Origin: Raillietiella orientalis
Taxonomy: Eukaryota
Reading direction: 5' to 3'
Assembly (NCBI GenBank): GCA_036172245.1
Contig: JAYWIR010000054.1
Location: 868,001-932,000 of the forward strand
Length of the DNA stretch: 64,000 nt
The notes below the pieces were generated by a model, which made no database searches, was not told the origin of the DNA, and saw only the letters and a program-made list of their open reading frames with translations. Of the stretch, positions 1 through 13,766 are shown piece by piece. Numbering within the stretch: position 1 is the first letter of the stretch; every line of letters begins with the position of its first letter. Position numbers and translations under genes: made by a program.

Positions 1-939
1 CTCTTTCGCCTAGCGTCGCTCGCGACACCCGCCGGCTTGCGAACAAGTCATATCCTGGTTCAAATCAGACGCTGCGACGCAGCCGTTCTTTCCCATAACA
101 ACGTAATTAGGGAGGTTGCCATGATAAGAATTCCCTCAACCATAATGGAGAACGATTTCTCCTAGCTTTAAGCTGGGAGCCAATGTCAGGACGCTGAGAG
201 GGTAGAAAACCTCATGCTTTCCAAACATTGATAAGTGAAGAGGGAATGCAACCGGTGAAAGAACTGGTGAATAAATGCGGAAATTTTCTATTCCAAAGAG
301 TGCAGGGAAACTCGAAACTCGAGAAACCTGGTCCATGCTGGAACCTGGATAAAAGGGGTATCTGAATTTCTCATAATCATCCAGGTGTTTGTCTGGTCAT
401 GTTGTTCTTTTATGTTGGTGCTTCCTTGTCAGTCAGTGACTCCAGGAAGCTTTGTTTTTCAAAAAACAAACAAGCAAATAAAGGAAGTGGGTCACGGAAC
501 CTGCGAGACTTTCCTAGCTCCAGATCGGGGGATGAACCACCAGCTCGCAGGTTGTTGCGCAGAAGACAAAGGAAGTCACGAGGATGGCACAATGAATAGA
601 AAAGAAAGGTTGAAGAAGCGATCATCAGTTACCACCCTCCGCGTCTTTTGCGGCCTGCATGCGATGCACACTGCACCCTTCTTCAGCAGCTCTTTAGAGA
701 TCTTCCATTGGGAGATGTTCTGCAGGATTCCAAGAAGTCTGTCCATCTGACCGTCTCACACCTTGCCACAACATTGTCTGCCCTAAGGGCAAGTGAGAAC
801 GGTTGCCTAACGGCGGGCTGGCACTTGTCCTGCATCATTGCAGGAAGAGCGAAACTCCTGAGCGTCTGGAAGCCGAATGAGATGGTGGTCGTGCGCCACT
901 CCGCGTCAGCGGACGAAGGAACTGCTTTAATAGAAGAAG

Positions 940-1270
940 CTGTTAAATGTGCCCTCCAAGGAACTCACTGTCCGTCCCCTGTGCCTGAACACTTCCATGT
1001 CCACTTTGAAGTGGAAACAAGATGTCCTGCTGTTTCTGTTCAAGGGTATCCGATGCAACAAGACTGAGACTCCTGACTGCCACCGAGCTGCATCCCCAGA
1101 TAGTTAAAGGTGCGGGACGATTCTGCAGGAACTTTGAGGACTGACCACAGGCCCCTGCATACAAAAGCACTGCTAAGGATTCGCGGCAATCTTCCACAAG
1201 AGAAGAAGTCACGGCAAGAGCCGTGCAAGAGCTGCGCCCACACCATCATGACAGCCATCCCCATTTGCTG
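940..1270 (-). mobile_element. Heavily decayed Tx1/L1-like ORF2 (RT thumb region) remnant
   Basis: Minus-strand peptide 'DFF...KVPAESSRTFNYLG' resembles 'DFFDLL...GIPTARGLKYLG' of the intact copies at 50.1-50.3 kb; boundaries approximate. Confidence 0.35.
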
Positions 1271-2689
1271 GAATTTCGGGCGCAGCCGTCTACGCGAAGA
1301 CTTCCAAGCGGTCTCACCTGGAGGAAGAAATCAAGGAGGAGATCTCCATAATCTAACGATGATGAAAGAAGCAAGGAAGGGCAAACACCGGTGGCCTTTC
1401 TCCACACCTTCCCTTTATTTGGTTTTGTTCGTTTCTTCTTTTTTTTTTAACTCACCCCCTTTCACTGGTTTTGGACTTCTCCCTGTTCCTCAACAAGGAA
1501 CAAAATGCATCAAAAAACCTCGTTCTCACTTCTCATTTTTATATCTTTCCTTCCGTTCCTGACTTTGAGAATATCGACCTGCGTGTTGGTGTATCCCCTA
1601 AATGAACTTCCTTTTTTTTGGTTTCTGTTTCGGGAGCTGTCTTCCTCCCAACTTGCTCGCATGTTTGTCTGTTTTTAAGAAAAAACCACTCGGCGTTTCA
1701 CGCTGAAAATCCTCTTGCTTCCCTTGGGAACCTGTTTCCAAGGGAAGCAACTTTTTGCAAGTTTAGCTTTTAGAAAAGAAGTTCTTTCTGCTTAATCGAA
1801 TGAGAATGAAGACCTGGAAAGTAGGAGGACCTTCCAAATCCGTGCCCAGGAATTCTTTTGGAAATGGGTCAGTTCTTACGAGCTTTCCTTGAAGACGCCA
1901 AAATGCAGTCGTTTTTGCACACGAGAAAACCTCGAGATTTGGATGTGATGAAATCATTCGATTCCGTTGACGCTAAAAATGACAGAGGAGTTGCAGCAAT
2001 CTTCTTCGCACTGGAACTCAGGCTGCTCTGTGGTTCCGAGCTGCACTTTGAGAGCTTTAAGTGCAGAGAAACTTCTCGAAAACTCCAGCGATAAAATTTT
2101 ATCCAGATTTCGAAATTCCAGTAATGACTTAATGAGGAATGCTAGCAAGAATTGTGTTGTGAAATATTTGCTTCTCTTGGATTCCGGAGAAACCCTGACT
2201 ATTGTCTGGACTCTCTCTCCAGTCTGCTGCACAGGTTGGTGTGCCTTAGCGTCTGCACACAAATTTATTTTCTTTAGAACTTGAAATTCGCGCATCGCTT
2301 GTTATGTGGTCTTCAGCTCACGTCAATTGCAAGAGCACTTTCTCCGGTGAACTATGAAGACGAGAGAGAAAGAGCGCAGCGAAAATTCAAAATTTTCCCA
2401 TTTTCCAATCACGTGAAAGGAACAGCGGCCTCCTCCACGGATGAAGGCAAGGAATGTTTGCCACGTCCATGAGATGCCTCCAGGTTCCCTGTCACACGGA
2501 GAGGCTCACGCGCTGAGAGCTGAATTACAGTGGAACATCACAAGGACTTCTCAGAAAAATACTGATTTGCTCATATAAGGTGGTTGGAATGTAGAGCCAG
2601 TATTGGCCGTCTTATTTTCTAAGAAATTACATTCTGAGCGACCATCCAAGAATTTATAAACGGTAGTGCCTGGTTTCCGGGGAACGGTT

Positions 2690-3300
2690 CTGCGTGTGGG
2701 CGAAGATCAAAGATCCGAGCCCGGAGCGACGGCAGAGATTCCTGAATTCCTTTTGCTACGTCTTCTCGCTCCAGGACATCGTCGTGCATCCCATCCCAAC
2801 TGCTCGTGGGCGGAAAGAAGCTCCCTTGACGAGACGCTGCCTTCTTTGAAAATGCACATCAGTGGCAACCGTACCGGCAAAATAAGAGGTCTTCTATGAG
2901 CTCAACTCCAGGTGGAAGACGCTTAATGGTCGGACCACAGACCTGCTGAAGACTCTGGACACCAAGTGCACGCCATGAAAAGGGCTTTTGTGATGGAGTG
3001 AGCTGCTGAGAATTTCCCGTGAAGATCACCAGTAGTCCCTAGCGCTCCTGAACGACCTCACCCTTCTGAAGAGGCAGAAGTCGGCGCTTATGCTGCTGCA
3101 CTGGGGCCTCCCATGCAACGTACACTGACGTCACTGGACCCAGGGGGATGGATGGTCTGAAGCTGTAGCAAATGCAGGTAATATGGAACCCTCCCACACC
3201 CGCTCGTGGGCTGCGTTGCCCTGCGACCGTTATGGAGACGCTTTGCAGCGAAAACTCTTCGGACCCCATGTGGCAACCCAGAAACTCACCTCACATCTGA
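2690..3300 (+). mobile_element. 3' fragment of Tx1/L1-like non-LTR retrotransposon (ORF2 C-terminal Zn-binding region)
   Basis: Translates in pieces to 'QKSALMLLHWGLPCN..RHWTQG..CSKC..LPHPLVGCVALRPLWRRFAA', matching 51164-51676. Confidence 0.75.
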
Positions 3301-4216
3301 AAAAACTTTTCTTCTTATGTATTAGCAGTACCTTCCTGCGCGAGTTTTGTTCCTGCTGAAGACGAGTAGCCGTCCACGTTTCATCATCCACTGTCCTTCC
3401 GCTTTTCTTTCTTTCTTTTTTTTCTTTCAGCACGCGGTTCAGGATTTCCTGCGACCGCGATCGTCGGAAGGGAATCCGCAAGGTGTCCTGCAGTTGTTTT
3501 GAACCTGGTGACACCGATTCCTTCATGGAATCAACACACAATAAAAAAAAAGAGAAAAATAGACTTAGTCTGGGGGAGGGGATGTAAGAGAAACAAACGC
3601 ACAGGGGAACCGGGTTCCGCGGACGAAAGGTGCTCGGTTGCTCTCTGCCCGGTGGCCGTGTCGACGCGGAGCTCTGGCGTGGGAGCGCGTCGATAGACGG
3701 GGAGGTTCCCGAACGATCCGCGTCGGTGGCACGCGCGTGCCAGGCTTGCGTGCATCTTAACCAGTGTGTGATATAGCAAGATTAACGAGGACTACTATTC
3801 TTTTTATGTTTCTTCTGTCCCTTTGTAATTAAAAATTACCGGCAATTTTATATTATATTATCTTTTAGATGATAATATCATAGTGCAGTGTTACGAGGTT
3901 TACTGATTATGATTCCAAGTGGATTACTTGCTTGAAATCTGGTTTTCATAATTCAAAACCAATTCTGAATGAATGCATTCAGAGATTATTCTTCTTTCAA
4001 ATATGAGAAGAGAAGAATTTTAGGTATGTATTTCTCAGTATTAGGTTTTGCAAGAGTAGCTGTGAGCTGTATAATTGTGCAGCAATCGCGATGGAATTCA
4101 AAAAATTAGCAACGAAGTTTTGCGATCTTCAAAGTTCTGGAATTGTTTGGCATGCCTGCATCCTCCAGAGGATCCATGTTCAGTTTTTAAACACCAAGGA
4201 GGAACAATTGCAGTCA

Positions 4217-7200
4217 ATGCCTTGGAATAGCTCTCCGTCTCCATATTGCTGGCCTTTTCCCGATTTTCAGAAACTGAGATCTTCCTTAAGATGGAAGTCC
4301 CAGAGCAGCATAATCATACCATCAGTTGGTATTTTCAGTAAACTTTTGCTAGGTAGGTATGAAAAGCCCGGCAATTAAATTAAGTTGACGGTATTCAGTG
4401 ACTTATTAAAGTATTACAAGAAAGAGTTTAACAAATTTGATTTTCTTGTATCTTAAAAAAATGCAAAACAGTAAAAAGTGTTATTAGGTAATTCCATAGT
4501 AATTTGAGGTTTGTTATTATGTAGGTATCATTTCCAGGATTTCTAAATAAATTAAATGTGCATAATATTGAGATCCTTCACAGGGCAGTGGAAAAACGAG
4601 AAAAGAATGTTTCCCTCATCACATTTTCAAATCATTATAGCTGTGCTGATGATCCAATTTTATGGGGTATGTTATTTATTACAGAAGATTCATACAGTGT
4701 TTGCCTCAATAAACTTCCGGGTTTTGAATGGTTTTTGTTGAAGTTGTGTCATCATTTGTGGAATCATTTAATTCTTATACGTGCAAATACATTCCAGGCA
4801 TTCTCAACTGGAAAACATTGTTTTCTCCAGGAAAGATGCGATGGAGTTTAGCAGCACATGATATTTGCTTTACAAAACAGTGTCACTCCCAATTTTTTGG
4901 CTCTGGAAAATGTATCCCAATCATTCGAGGCAATGGAGTTTATCAGGTATGAATGTTTCTTCCAGTGTTTCATAAATACATAACAGAGGAAACCGATTAG
5001 TATTTACATAAGTGGTTTGATGCAACCGTATGAGAGTGCATTCTTCAGAGTGATTGCTTCAAAATATCAGAATGTGTGCAATCATATTTATTCTGAGTTT
5101 ATAAAAGTGCAGATAAAAAGCTCAAAGTGGATTATGTGATTTGGCAAACCATGATAAAGTTTTTCAGGGTTTTTTTTTATTCCTGAAAAAGAATGGTTTG
5201 TTGATGAATATGCTTATAAGTGCAGACATGTATATAATAAGTGGTCGTTGGTAATGTTTGGAGATAGTGTGTTGTTGGAAATGACAGAAAACATTCCCTT
5301 CCTAAACAAAAGCCCTTTATTTGAAGACACTTCCATTATTTCAATAAGAATTTTGTATGTCCATGCAGAATCCTGAAGTCATTGTACAATAGCATCCTGC
5401 AAATGACTGGTATACATGCATGCAAAAATATTTTGGATGGTCTGATTACATCCAAGAAATTCAAAGTTTAAAGACCAATAGACTAATAAGACTTTTTTCT
5501 GTGTAAGAAATTGACTGAAGATTGTTATTGTCATGTCACTTTACCATAAATTTATGCTGATCACCGTTTATGTTTTGTACACAGGAGCATTTGAAAACTG
5601 TGATCAAAAACAAGCAAAACCATTATCCATGTGTAAAACAACACTGAATGGCTAGCTATCAGTTCTAATTTTCCCTGTTTTACTGCACTAACTTCTGATG
5701 CTAATCTTTTGCTCCTGCATATTAATCCCCGCCTGGGAAGTCGTATTCAGACACGACACGAAAATAACTTTTTGAATTTAAGATGATTTTACAACTTCAA
5801 GTAAATTTTGCATAGAGCATGATTGTTTCACAATATGGTTCATCTTAGCTTTTCAATTGAAAGATTAGATTGTCTGGGAATGCAGAAGAAATAAATGTAG
5901 AATCGTTTTCGTATTCAAGAAGAAGTATTTCTGATCATTGCTTGCAGATTCATATCTGCTGTTGGATAACCAAATTCAGCAGGTGTTAGTTTCAGTCACC
6001 ATAAGAATTTCTTGTTTCTTGATAATTTTTGAAGTGAACGACTTCCATTTCGTAAACGGATTGTAATGTAAGGGATTACAATGAGAAAAAAAAAAAAAAA
6101 AACCTAGGCTTCTATTTGTTTTTTTGCGTTTTTCCTGTGTTGGAGACAGTAGTTCTTAGAAGTAGGGAACCTACTAAAATTGAAGATAAGAGTGAAAAAG
6201 CACTGATTGTAAGAAGAAGAAGAAGAAAACATTGAGGAATGGTTTCTTTGAAATGCCTATGTATAGGATCAATGGTAAATAGTGCAACTCTGGACAAGAC
6301 TGAAAATGATAATATGGATAGAAAAACGCCTTGAAAAACTTGGAAAACCCTGAAACTAAGCTTTGAATGGGAAGTTTGAAAATTGAGGATTGACAGTTTG
6401 GAACTTAATTGATAGCATTATTTTTAAAGCAAATGAAAGAGGCCAACTGATTAGGATGATTATATCATCCTTCTTTCTAATTTGCCATGAAATACATGTT
6501 TGCATGTTTTGGTTGCAATCCAGTTAATTAGTTGTTGGTGATGGTGTAAATTTGAAAGCAAAACAATAGATGCATGTGTAAGACTGCACAGTGGTTGCTG
6601 GTATGGTTACTAAGCTTGTAACGTTGTGTATGTTCTTCCCGAAAATGCTTTTGGAACAGTACTTTGGGTGCGCTAACTGAGTGAAATGTGTTAACGTTTT
6701 TGCCGATTATACCATTGCAATTATTACATTTTCAATGTCGGTAATTAAAGGTTTGTAAAATCAGCATGATTGCTGCAATATTTCATCAGTTTCGATGTTT
6801 TCAGAAAGCAATGGACTTTTGTGTAGACCTCCTGAACCAGGGCCAGTGGATTCATGTTTTCCCTGAGGGATTAGTGAACATTCAAAAAGGTCATTTGCGT
6901 TTTAAGTGGGGTATTGGTCGGCTGATCGCCGAATGCAACATACCACCAATAGTGATCCCTTTATTTCATGTTGGAATGGACAGTCTTCTTCCCAATAAAA
7001 AGCCGTATTTCCCACATTTTCAGAAGAAGATAACGGTATGTGTTGGAAATGCTCTGGACATGTCAGAAGTGTGCAGTAAACAAATGAGGTTGAAATTGTG
7101 TCCAACGAAGCACAGGAAATACATTACGGATTTCTTGCAAGAAGAGTTTTATAAACTGAGGCGAAAAACGGAGCAGTACCATCAAAATGTTCAAGTCTAC

Positions 7201-7218
7201 TGTAATGGAATTTCGTAA
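4217..7218 (+). CDS. TAZ: Tafazzin (cardiolipin transacylase), 4 coding exons: join(4217..4352,4538..4666,4798..4946,6805..7218), 275 aa
   Basis: All introns are GT-AG with compatible phases. Motifs WPFP, SNHYSCADDPILWG (HxxxxD acyltransferase), MRWSLAAHDICFTK, GKCIP, GVYQKAMDF, WIHVFPEG, RFKWGIGRLI match tafazzin. Start ATG chosen by homology; the frame is open upstream to 4091. Confidence 0.95.
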
Positions 7219-7324
7219 CCACCGTGATGCTGAATCATAATTTTTTATCAAATAGAATATATCAGCACTTATATTTCATATGCTTATACTGTTATTAGGA
7301 TAAGCTAACGGGCTTTCCTGTAGC

Positions 7325-7480
7325 CGATTTCCGAAGGTTGCATGTGACCCGGTGTAACATCAAAGGGCTGCTTGGCGGCCGCGGTGGGCGAGATACAGCC
7401 AACGCCCTGTATCCGTTCGATCTGGCATTACTTCAAGAAGTCCATGTGACCCGGGCGAATGGAGCTGCGGTCTCCCCAGA
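7325..7480 (+). mobile_element. Short fragment of Tx1-like APE endonuclease N-terminus
   Basis: 'RRLHVTRCNIKGL..RDTANALYPFDLALLQEVHV' matches 'RDTADTLREFDLALLQEIHV' at ~48160-48220. Confidence 0.55.
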
Positions 7481-8439
7481 CTTTTACTTCTAAAGAGAGT
7501 AATCAAACAGGCGCGCCTTGCAAGGATGCGTTTTCCATATTCATTCAAGTCAAGTAACGCCGACTGGTAGGTTGGCCAATATAGGAAAAGTGGCGCGAAG
7601 AAACGTAAGAAATGTCACTGCCGAATGAGAGTATGATGGAAAGCAGAAATATAGATAGTTATATGAAATAAAAATAGCTGCCGTGGTGCAAGGAAAGGCG
7701 CTCGCGTGAGGCATCCGAGAGCAGTGTGCGGCGACGGTCGCGCGGACGTTGCACAGAGGTTCTCCGCTCAGCAGCAAGGGTATGTGCATCGGCACGATCC
7801 TGGAGGACAGCAGCGAGCCGGTGCCGCTTTTCGTTTCGGGACTCGCATCTCCAGAAGGCGCGAGAGATCTTTTCCGTTTCCTCTGGCGTCCCGCACAGCA
7901 GGGGACAGCGGCTCCTTGCGCTCAGTGGCGGCGGCGCTAGTTGCACGGGAAGCCTCAGTGCCAAGGCCGAGTTCGCCGCATGCTGCCATCGCACCGGCCG
8001 GTCCAAGAACATGGAAGTCACTACCATGCCTACCACGGGGATATTCAAGGTGAGCGCCCGGAGGTCCGACCCTAGCGGGCGATGGCGACGCCCTCACGGT
8101 GCATGTGCCGTGATCTTCCGGTGCACTGGAAGGGATTTCGAAAGAGTGGATCCAGGACTGTCTCTGGTGACGACCCGGTCCAACATTGAGATTTTTCCTG
8201 GACTCTGCTAAGGACATGGAATGTACTGTACAACCCCACTTTGAGGATAGTATTAGGCTTCTTTACCCGCAGCATCTTCGTCAGGAGGACCAAGCCACGT
8301 GGAGGTGCAGGTGGCAGCGCGCGGATGCACCAATGAGTGTACTCAAAAAAGATATCGGTGTCGGAGCAAGTGGAGGAGTTTCTGCGTAGACGATCCTTTA
8401 GGAAAAGCGCCTCAGTTGCCTCAGCGACCGTAATGAAAA

Positions 8440-8800
8440 CGTCGTTTTCATCACGGTCGCTGCTGACGTGTCCAGAATGCCAGTTTACCTCACGGACGAC
8501 AGTCAGGTACACGGTGTGGATGGATGAACCATAATGTCTTAGGGAAGTACGGGCAGGCGTTGAGAAATGATGCACAATCAACGGCCTTTGTGCCTGGTGG
8601 CTCGTCGTGCGTCACCTGGTGCTCCCATGAACCATAAGGTGCTGCGTTATCAGTGTGGTGCGCCTGACTGTGTCATGGCATTTGCTAAAAGGCATGCAGT
8701 GTTAAGGCACTTGGCACGAAAGAAAAGAACGCAGGTGGGGGTGTCGAGCAGTCCTTTGAGATTACTGCCGAATGATGAGGATCCGGATGCTCCTTCCAGA
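8440..8800 (+). pseudogene. Decayed C2H2 zinc-finger-like coding remnant
   Basis: 'LTCPECQFTS' and 'YQCGAPDCVMAFAKRHAVLRHL' in broken frames. Confidence 0.35.
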
Positions 8801-11720
8801 TAGCTGTAGCGCGTAGCGAGCGATGACCTAGAAAGGTTGGAAGTCATGGATAGGGTATAGTCTTTCGCTACGTATAAAGTAATGATGTCAACGACGAAGA
8901 TGACGATTGCTCACGGTATTGATGCCATGGATTTCGGGATTTTCTTCCCATTGAAGATAAAGAATTAAAACCACATTGGTGGAACATATGTCTTTCATTC
9001 ATGTGCAACAAACATAAGGTCAACCTGTTTTGGAGGAATGGTAGTTCTTTCTCACGAAACGTTCCTTGCTTTGGAGATTCCTTATTTTGTACCACTTCTT
9101 AAATAGGATGAAGGAGATGCAAAGCCCTCTTCCTGAAAGAGCAGTGGGACTTCCAGGACATTTTTTTTTCTCCAGCAGGCATTGACATGAGTTTTTTAGT
9201 TCGTCATCAAAGAGGGGTGACCAAGGGGAGTCTTCAGTTTCAGGGAAGTCTCTCAAACTGAAGGAAATAATCGTCATCATTTGGATGGACAGTACAGATG
9301 TTCTCGGAGGCAAACGCTCCACAAAAGAAAGGCAGAGAGCGATGTGGACATGGAGCAGCACTTTGACGGATTGTGCTGTTTATTTTGTAGATAAGAAAGT
9401 GAAATTTTCAAAAGTGTCAAGTCGTGAAGATTCCTGTTGGTGGAGTTTTAGGCGCACACTCCTTCATACCCCGCAGATTAGGGAAGTCTTGACGTCTACG
9501 CTGTATGCTGCAGAGTTGGCTGTGGATTCTTAGAGAAAAGAGTTCAGAATTCTTACAGAAAAGATGGTCACTTTGTGAAAGTGTTGGGGTCCCAGGCTGA
9601 AGTAGATCCGTCTGTTGCCAACTCTGTGGCAGTAGGTGAAGGAAAATGCAAGGCAAAATCTATGGAAACTCATTTTCTCCTAAAGTCTTTTCCGGTCTAA
9701 AGCGTGGTGATAATGCCTCACGGTGATAATTCATATGAACGAAATGCACAATCCCCGAAAGATGAAATTCCTTAAAGTGTAATTCATTGTTTATTGAGTG
9801 TTCGAAATGATAGGGCAAGGAAATACGTAGCATAGAGAATTGTGTCAGATGAGGCCTTCGCCACGGACAGCTGCCTCAAGTTCTTATCCTCACCGGATGA
9901 CGCTGTCAAATCAACACAAGCAACTCCCAGTGATGTGGTGCGGAAAAAGATTCTTTCCATACCCGCGGAGGATGACCTAGGCAAACTTGTCAGGTGCCAC
10001 ATCTGGTAATGTTTGCAGAACAAGTGGTAATATGTGAATATTCCAATGGTGCATAAGAAGACGAGCTCTGTTGAGATCAGTAGCATTTCGGAAGTTTCGA
10101 ACTGAGAAGAACTGATTATTCAGATCTTGGCAAAATCTTGCTGCCAGAGTGGATAGAAAACTGCTCCTTCGTAGGAGGTGCGCAGTACGAGAAAGAATGA
10201 AATCGCCTTAAGGCTACGTCTGCTTCGCACAAGAGAGCTGTCAGCTGAAGTAGGAAAGCTGACTGCTCATGTATGACAAGGCGTTGCATAACATCACCGC
10301 ATGAGAAAACTCATGCGTATTGGTTAGCACTGTTACCATGATGAGCACCAGGACTAGAAGGCGCAGAAAATTTTCTCATTTCCCGGTAATTCCAACTCCA
10401 TATGTTGTTTATTCCGTTCAGCAATGTTTCCTCCCTCAGCCAATCAAAAACTCTTTTGCCCATGAAAACTCTATATTAGGTTTCATATCAATCTTTACCT
10501 TCTGGCTTCTTTTCAAGTACTGTTCCTTCGACCTGTTTGTTGTCTTCAAACCTAATATAGACAGACATTCTTTTACCTCTAAATCTCACACGTGTTCAAT
10601 GATCGTGGACATTGCCTAGCACTGAGTGTCCTTTCCACATCCACCTGAAATCCTGTGAGTAGAAAATTGTTACGCATGTTATAAGTCCTCCACGGCATAA
10701 ATTGACTACAGATATATATGTCACCTGAAAGCATACCTTCAGTAACTTTTGCTCTGAAATGTACATAAGGTGATGTATAGGAGTAACGTTGCTACAGTTT
10801 TTCCAGCTGGAGTTCCTACATAGCCAGATGCGATACAAATTGTCTACTGGAACTCGTGTGTATCGGTGAGCACTTTTCCATTGTGCTCTCGAAACCCTTG
10901 ACTTATTGGCATTAGTGCCCCCAGGGGTTTGCTTCCATCCTCCCGGCTGCTGACCCGACAAAGTCTTAAGTTCACATTGGTTGCAGCTTAAGCAAACATT
11001 ACTGCAGGTGCAGCATAGGGGTAGTAATATATCTTATCACGCCTCGCATAACTGTTGCTTCTATACAACTCTCCGTAAATTAATGTGTCTTTGTGTCCCT
11101 CTATAAAACGCAATTGTCCTGGGCGATAAAAGCAGCGTAACTTGTTATCAGATGTATGACTCCCTCCCTGGAAGTAGTTGCAACATATAGTCGTTTTCCT
11201 TTGTATCGCTGTTCCATTGACCCAACTCCGTTGTGACCAAGATGATTCTGCTTTCTACTCAATACGCCAAATAAGGGAGGCAATGATCCAGGTTCGATCA
11301 TACTGCGCTTCCTTATTTCGTTTACAAGAGAGGCTTTCATTTGAGCATCCCGGGTTTTCACTTCATTTAAAGCGGATGTTCTTGATTGTTCATCTCGAGT
11401 TTCTATTTCTCCTGTAATGTAACGAGTCAAGTGGTACAGTATTAACAGCACGAAAGTCTTCTACCAAAACTTGAAGACCTTCTTTAGGGTTGCTGCTTAC
11501 GCAGCTTATTGCTGCAATATTGGCATCTCTTCCCGTTGCCGGTAACGATACCTACGAATCTGATCACGCTTTCAAAGTATCCAAAGTATTAGTTTTAATA
11601 ATATTGATTTCTTCTGCAGACTCTGTCTTCGATGCAGACATTGCTAATATATAATTTGCCTTATTGATGACTGTTGTTGATCATCTTGCTGGTGAACACT
11701 CGTTGCAGTCCCGCGTTGGA

Positions 11721-12478
11721 GGCCGTGTGGCTGCGGTGGTCTCCGCGCGTGGCACCACCAAGCGTCGTGGGTTCGAATACCCCGAAAGGAATCGACGCAG
11801 CGCGTCGTGGGTTCAGAGTTCACCCCACAAGATGACGCTGGTCTGCTTACATTCATCCGGGTGCGGCACTGATAGCGGTTGAAACCGAATGCCCCCGATG
11901 AGGGCCGGGACAAATGGAAGTCGACCCCCGGGTCCTTCCAGGAATCACGGAGTGGGAGCTCCCCTCCGGTTGTGAAGGGGCGAACCCCCAATTCCGGGGC
12001 GACCGTCCAAGTCGTACTGATGGAGTCGCCGCCACCTCTCCAGAGAGTGCAGAGAAGCGAGCCGATCCCTTCGGGGAAGCTACGCCCTTCCGAAATTTGG
12101 AAACGTCCCTTCTGGGTTCTCTTCAGAGGAGTAAAAACAGGAGCGGATCCCTTGCGGGGGATCCCTTTGGAAAAGAAATTCCAGGATCGGATCCTTTCCA
12201 GGTTCCCTTCAGAGAAGAAGGAATGAAGCGGATCCTCCAGGGGTCCTCCAAAGAGAATAAGGAAGGAGATTCCTTTAGGGATTCCCCTTCGGAGACAACC
12301 AGGGTAGAGGTGATGTCCATTTCCGGGATCCCTCCCTAGGCGTGAGAGGAACAAGTCCTTCCTGGATTCATAGGGCGGACCCCTCCCGGGGTACCCCCTA
12401 TCTTGAAGAATCACCCACCTTTGGGTGGCGTGGAACCGTGTCGAAGAACTGCGAAGACAGAAAAGAAGGATTTCCATT
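11721..12478 (+). mobile_element. Long tRNA-derived SINE-like repeat, copy 1
   Basis: A-box-like TGGCTGCGGTGG (11728) and B-box GGTTCGAATAC (11770), followed by a ~600-bp body repeated inverted at 16.8-17.6 kb and 22.4-23.0 kb. Confidence 0.65.
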
Positions 12479-13766
12479 ATCCCTGAAGTGCTTTCGCTAT
12501 TTCAGGACACTTTGACACAAAAAATCTTTAAGAGCGTATCGCAATTTTGATTAGACTTACGAAGTTCATTTCTCCATTGAATTCCGATAGTTTTTCCACT
12601 GGAGCTGCGAGGTTTCCATTCTGCTCTTCAAACCTTTCTAGTTTAAGGGTGGGATTTCTATTCCGGCCTTCAATTCTTTTCACTGCGTCAACCCTTCTTA
12701 AGACTTTTCTACTTTTCTAGCCAGATACCTATTTAATCCTAGGATTCCATCCAATTTTCCTTCTGGTCCCAATGTTTTTACTTCTGTTGCAGGAAGACCA
12801 GCGCCTTGTTTTTGTGTTCCAAGTTCCTTTGAATTTGACCCAGCAAAAGCTCCATGCAATCGTTCAACGGTCCTACTTTTAGAGTCGAAATTTTCAGACT
12901 TGCTACGCATGTCCCTTAATTTTCTTTTGAAACCTACAAGTGATGCCTCATCCTCTTCATAAGAACGCTTTTTGTACTTTCAGTTGGTAGTCTTCTTATT
13001 TCTCTATTTCCCTATTAAAATCAATAGCATTCGACTTGAGGAAGAAACCTTCGGAATCCATCTGCAAACCCAAAGGTCCCTTATCCTTGGCTTCTTTCAT
13101 AGGTTTACTGAACTCATCCACAAGGCTTCCTACTGCTTCCTCCAATTCCTCAACTTCACCAGCAACCTATTGATTTGCCAATCGTTTAGGCAACTGTTTA
13201 CTTGCCACACGCCTGAGGCTTACCTGAGCCTAATAATCTAAAATAATATGTAAGGTAAATTGCAACTGGACTATAATCAGAAGTCAACGTTTAGTGCACC
13301 TGAAGCAATTTTGGGAACGAAGGAAAACGGCAGCGAAAACACTGACGCTCACAAACAACAACTTGCAAGTGCAAGAAGTTTTAAAATCCAAGTCTTAAGA
13401 AGACGGGCATTTCCTCAACATCTCAAGAGTTTCAATCGCTTACCCCCTCCAGAAAGATGAAAATAGCACGTGTGTTTTCGCGAGCAAGTTTCGTAGAAAC
13501 GGGGTTGTGGAAATGGAAGCGTAAAACTGTTGCGGCAGAGTTCAGCAGATCAAGTTTGTATATGCATTCAGTAGAAGTAAGCCAACGTGGCTGGTTCTGG
13601 GGTATAGCAAAGTAGTAGAATGGAAGTACAAATAGAAGCGCGCACGGATCCAGCGGGGACAGCACGCTTCCGAAACGAACCCTTCTCTCAATAGCCGGTT
13701 TTGCCTCCCGGAAGTGATCACACTATTTAATTGTACACATTGCTAAATTAATAGCAGTTCACTTGA

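Noticed and set aside
11721..11800. Functional tRNA gene (also 31686-31760)
   Set aside because: A/B boxes are present but no convincing acceptor or anticodon stems; embedded in a dispersed repeat
11644..12477. 277-aa minus-strand ORF
   Set aside because: Lies within the SINE-like repeat and is not preserved in the other copies
13240..13766. cifA upstream of the cifB-like relic
   Set aside because: No CifA-like peptide recognisable in any frame
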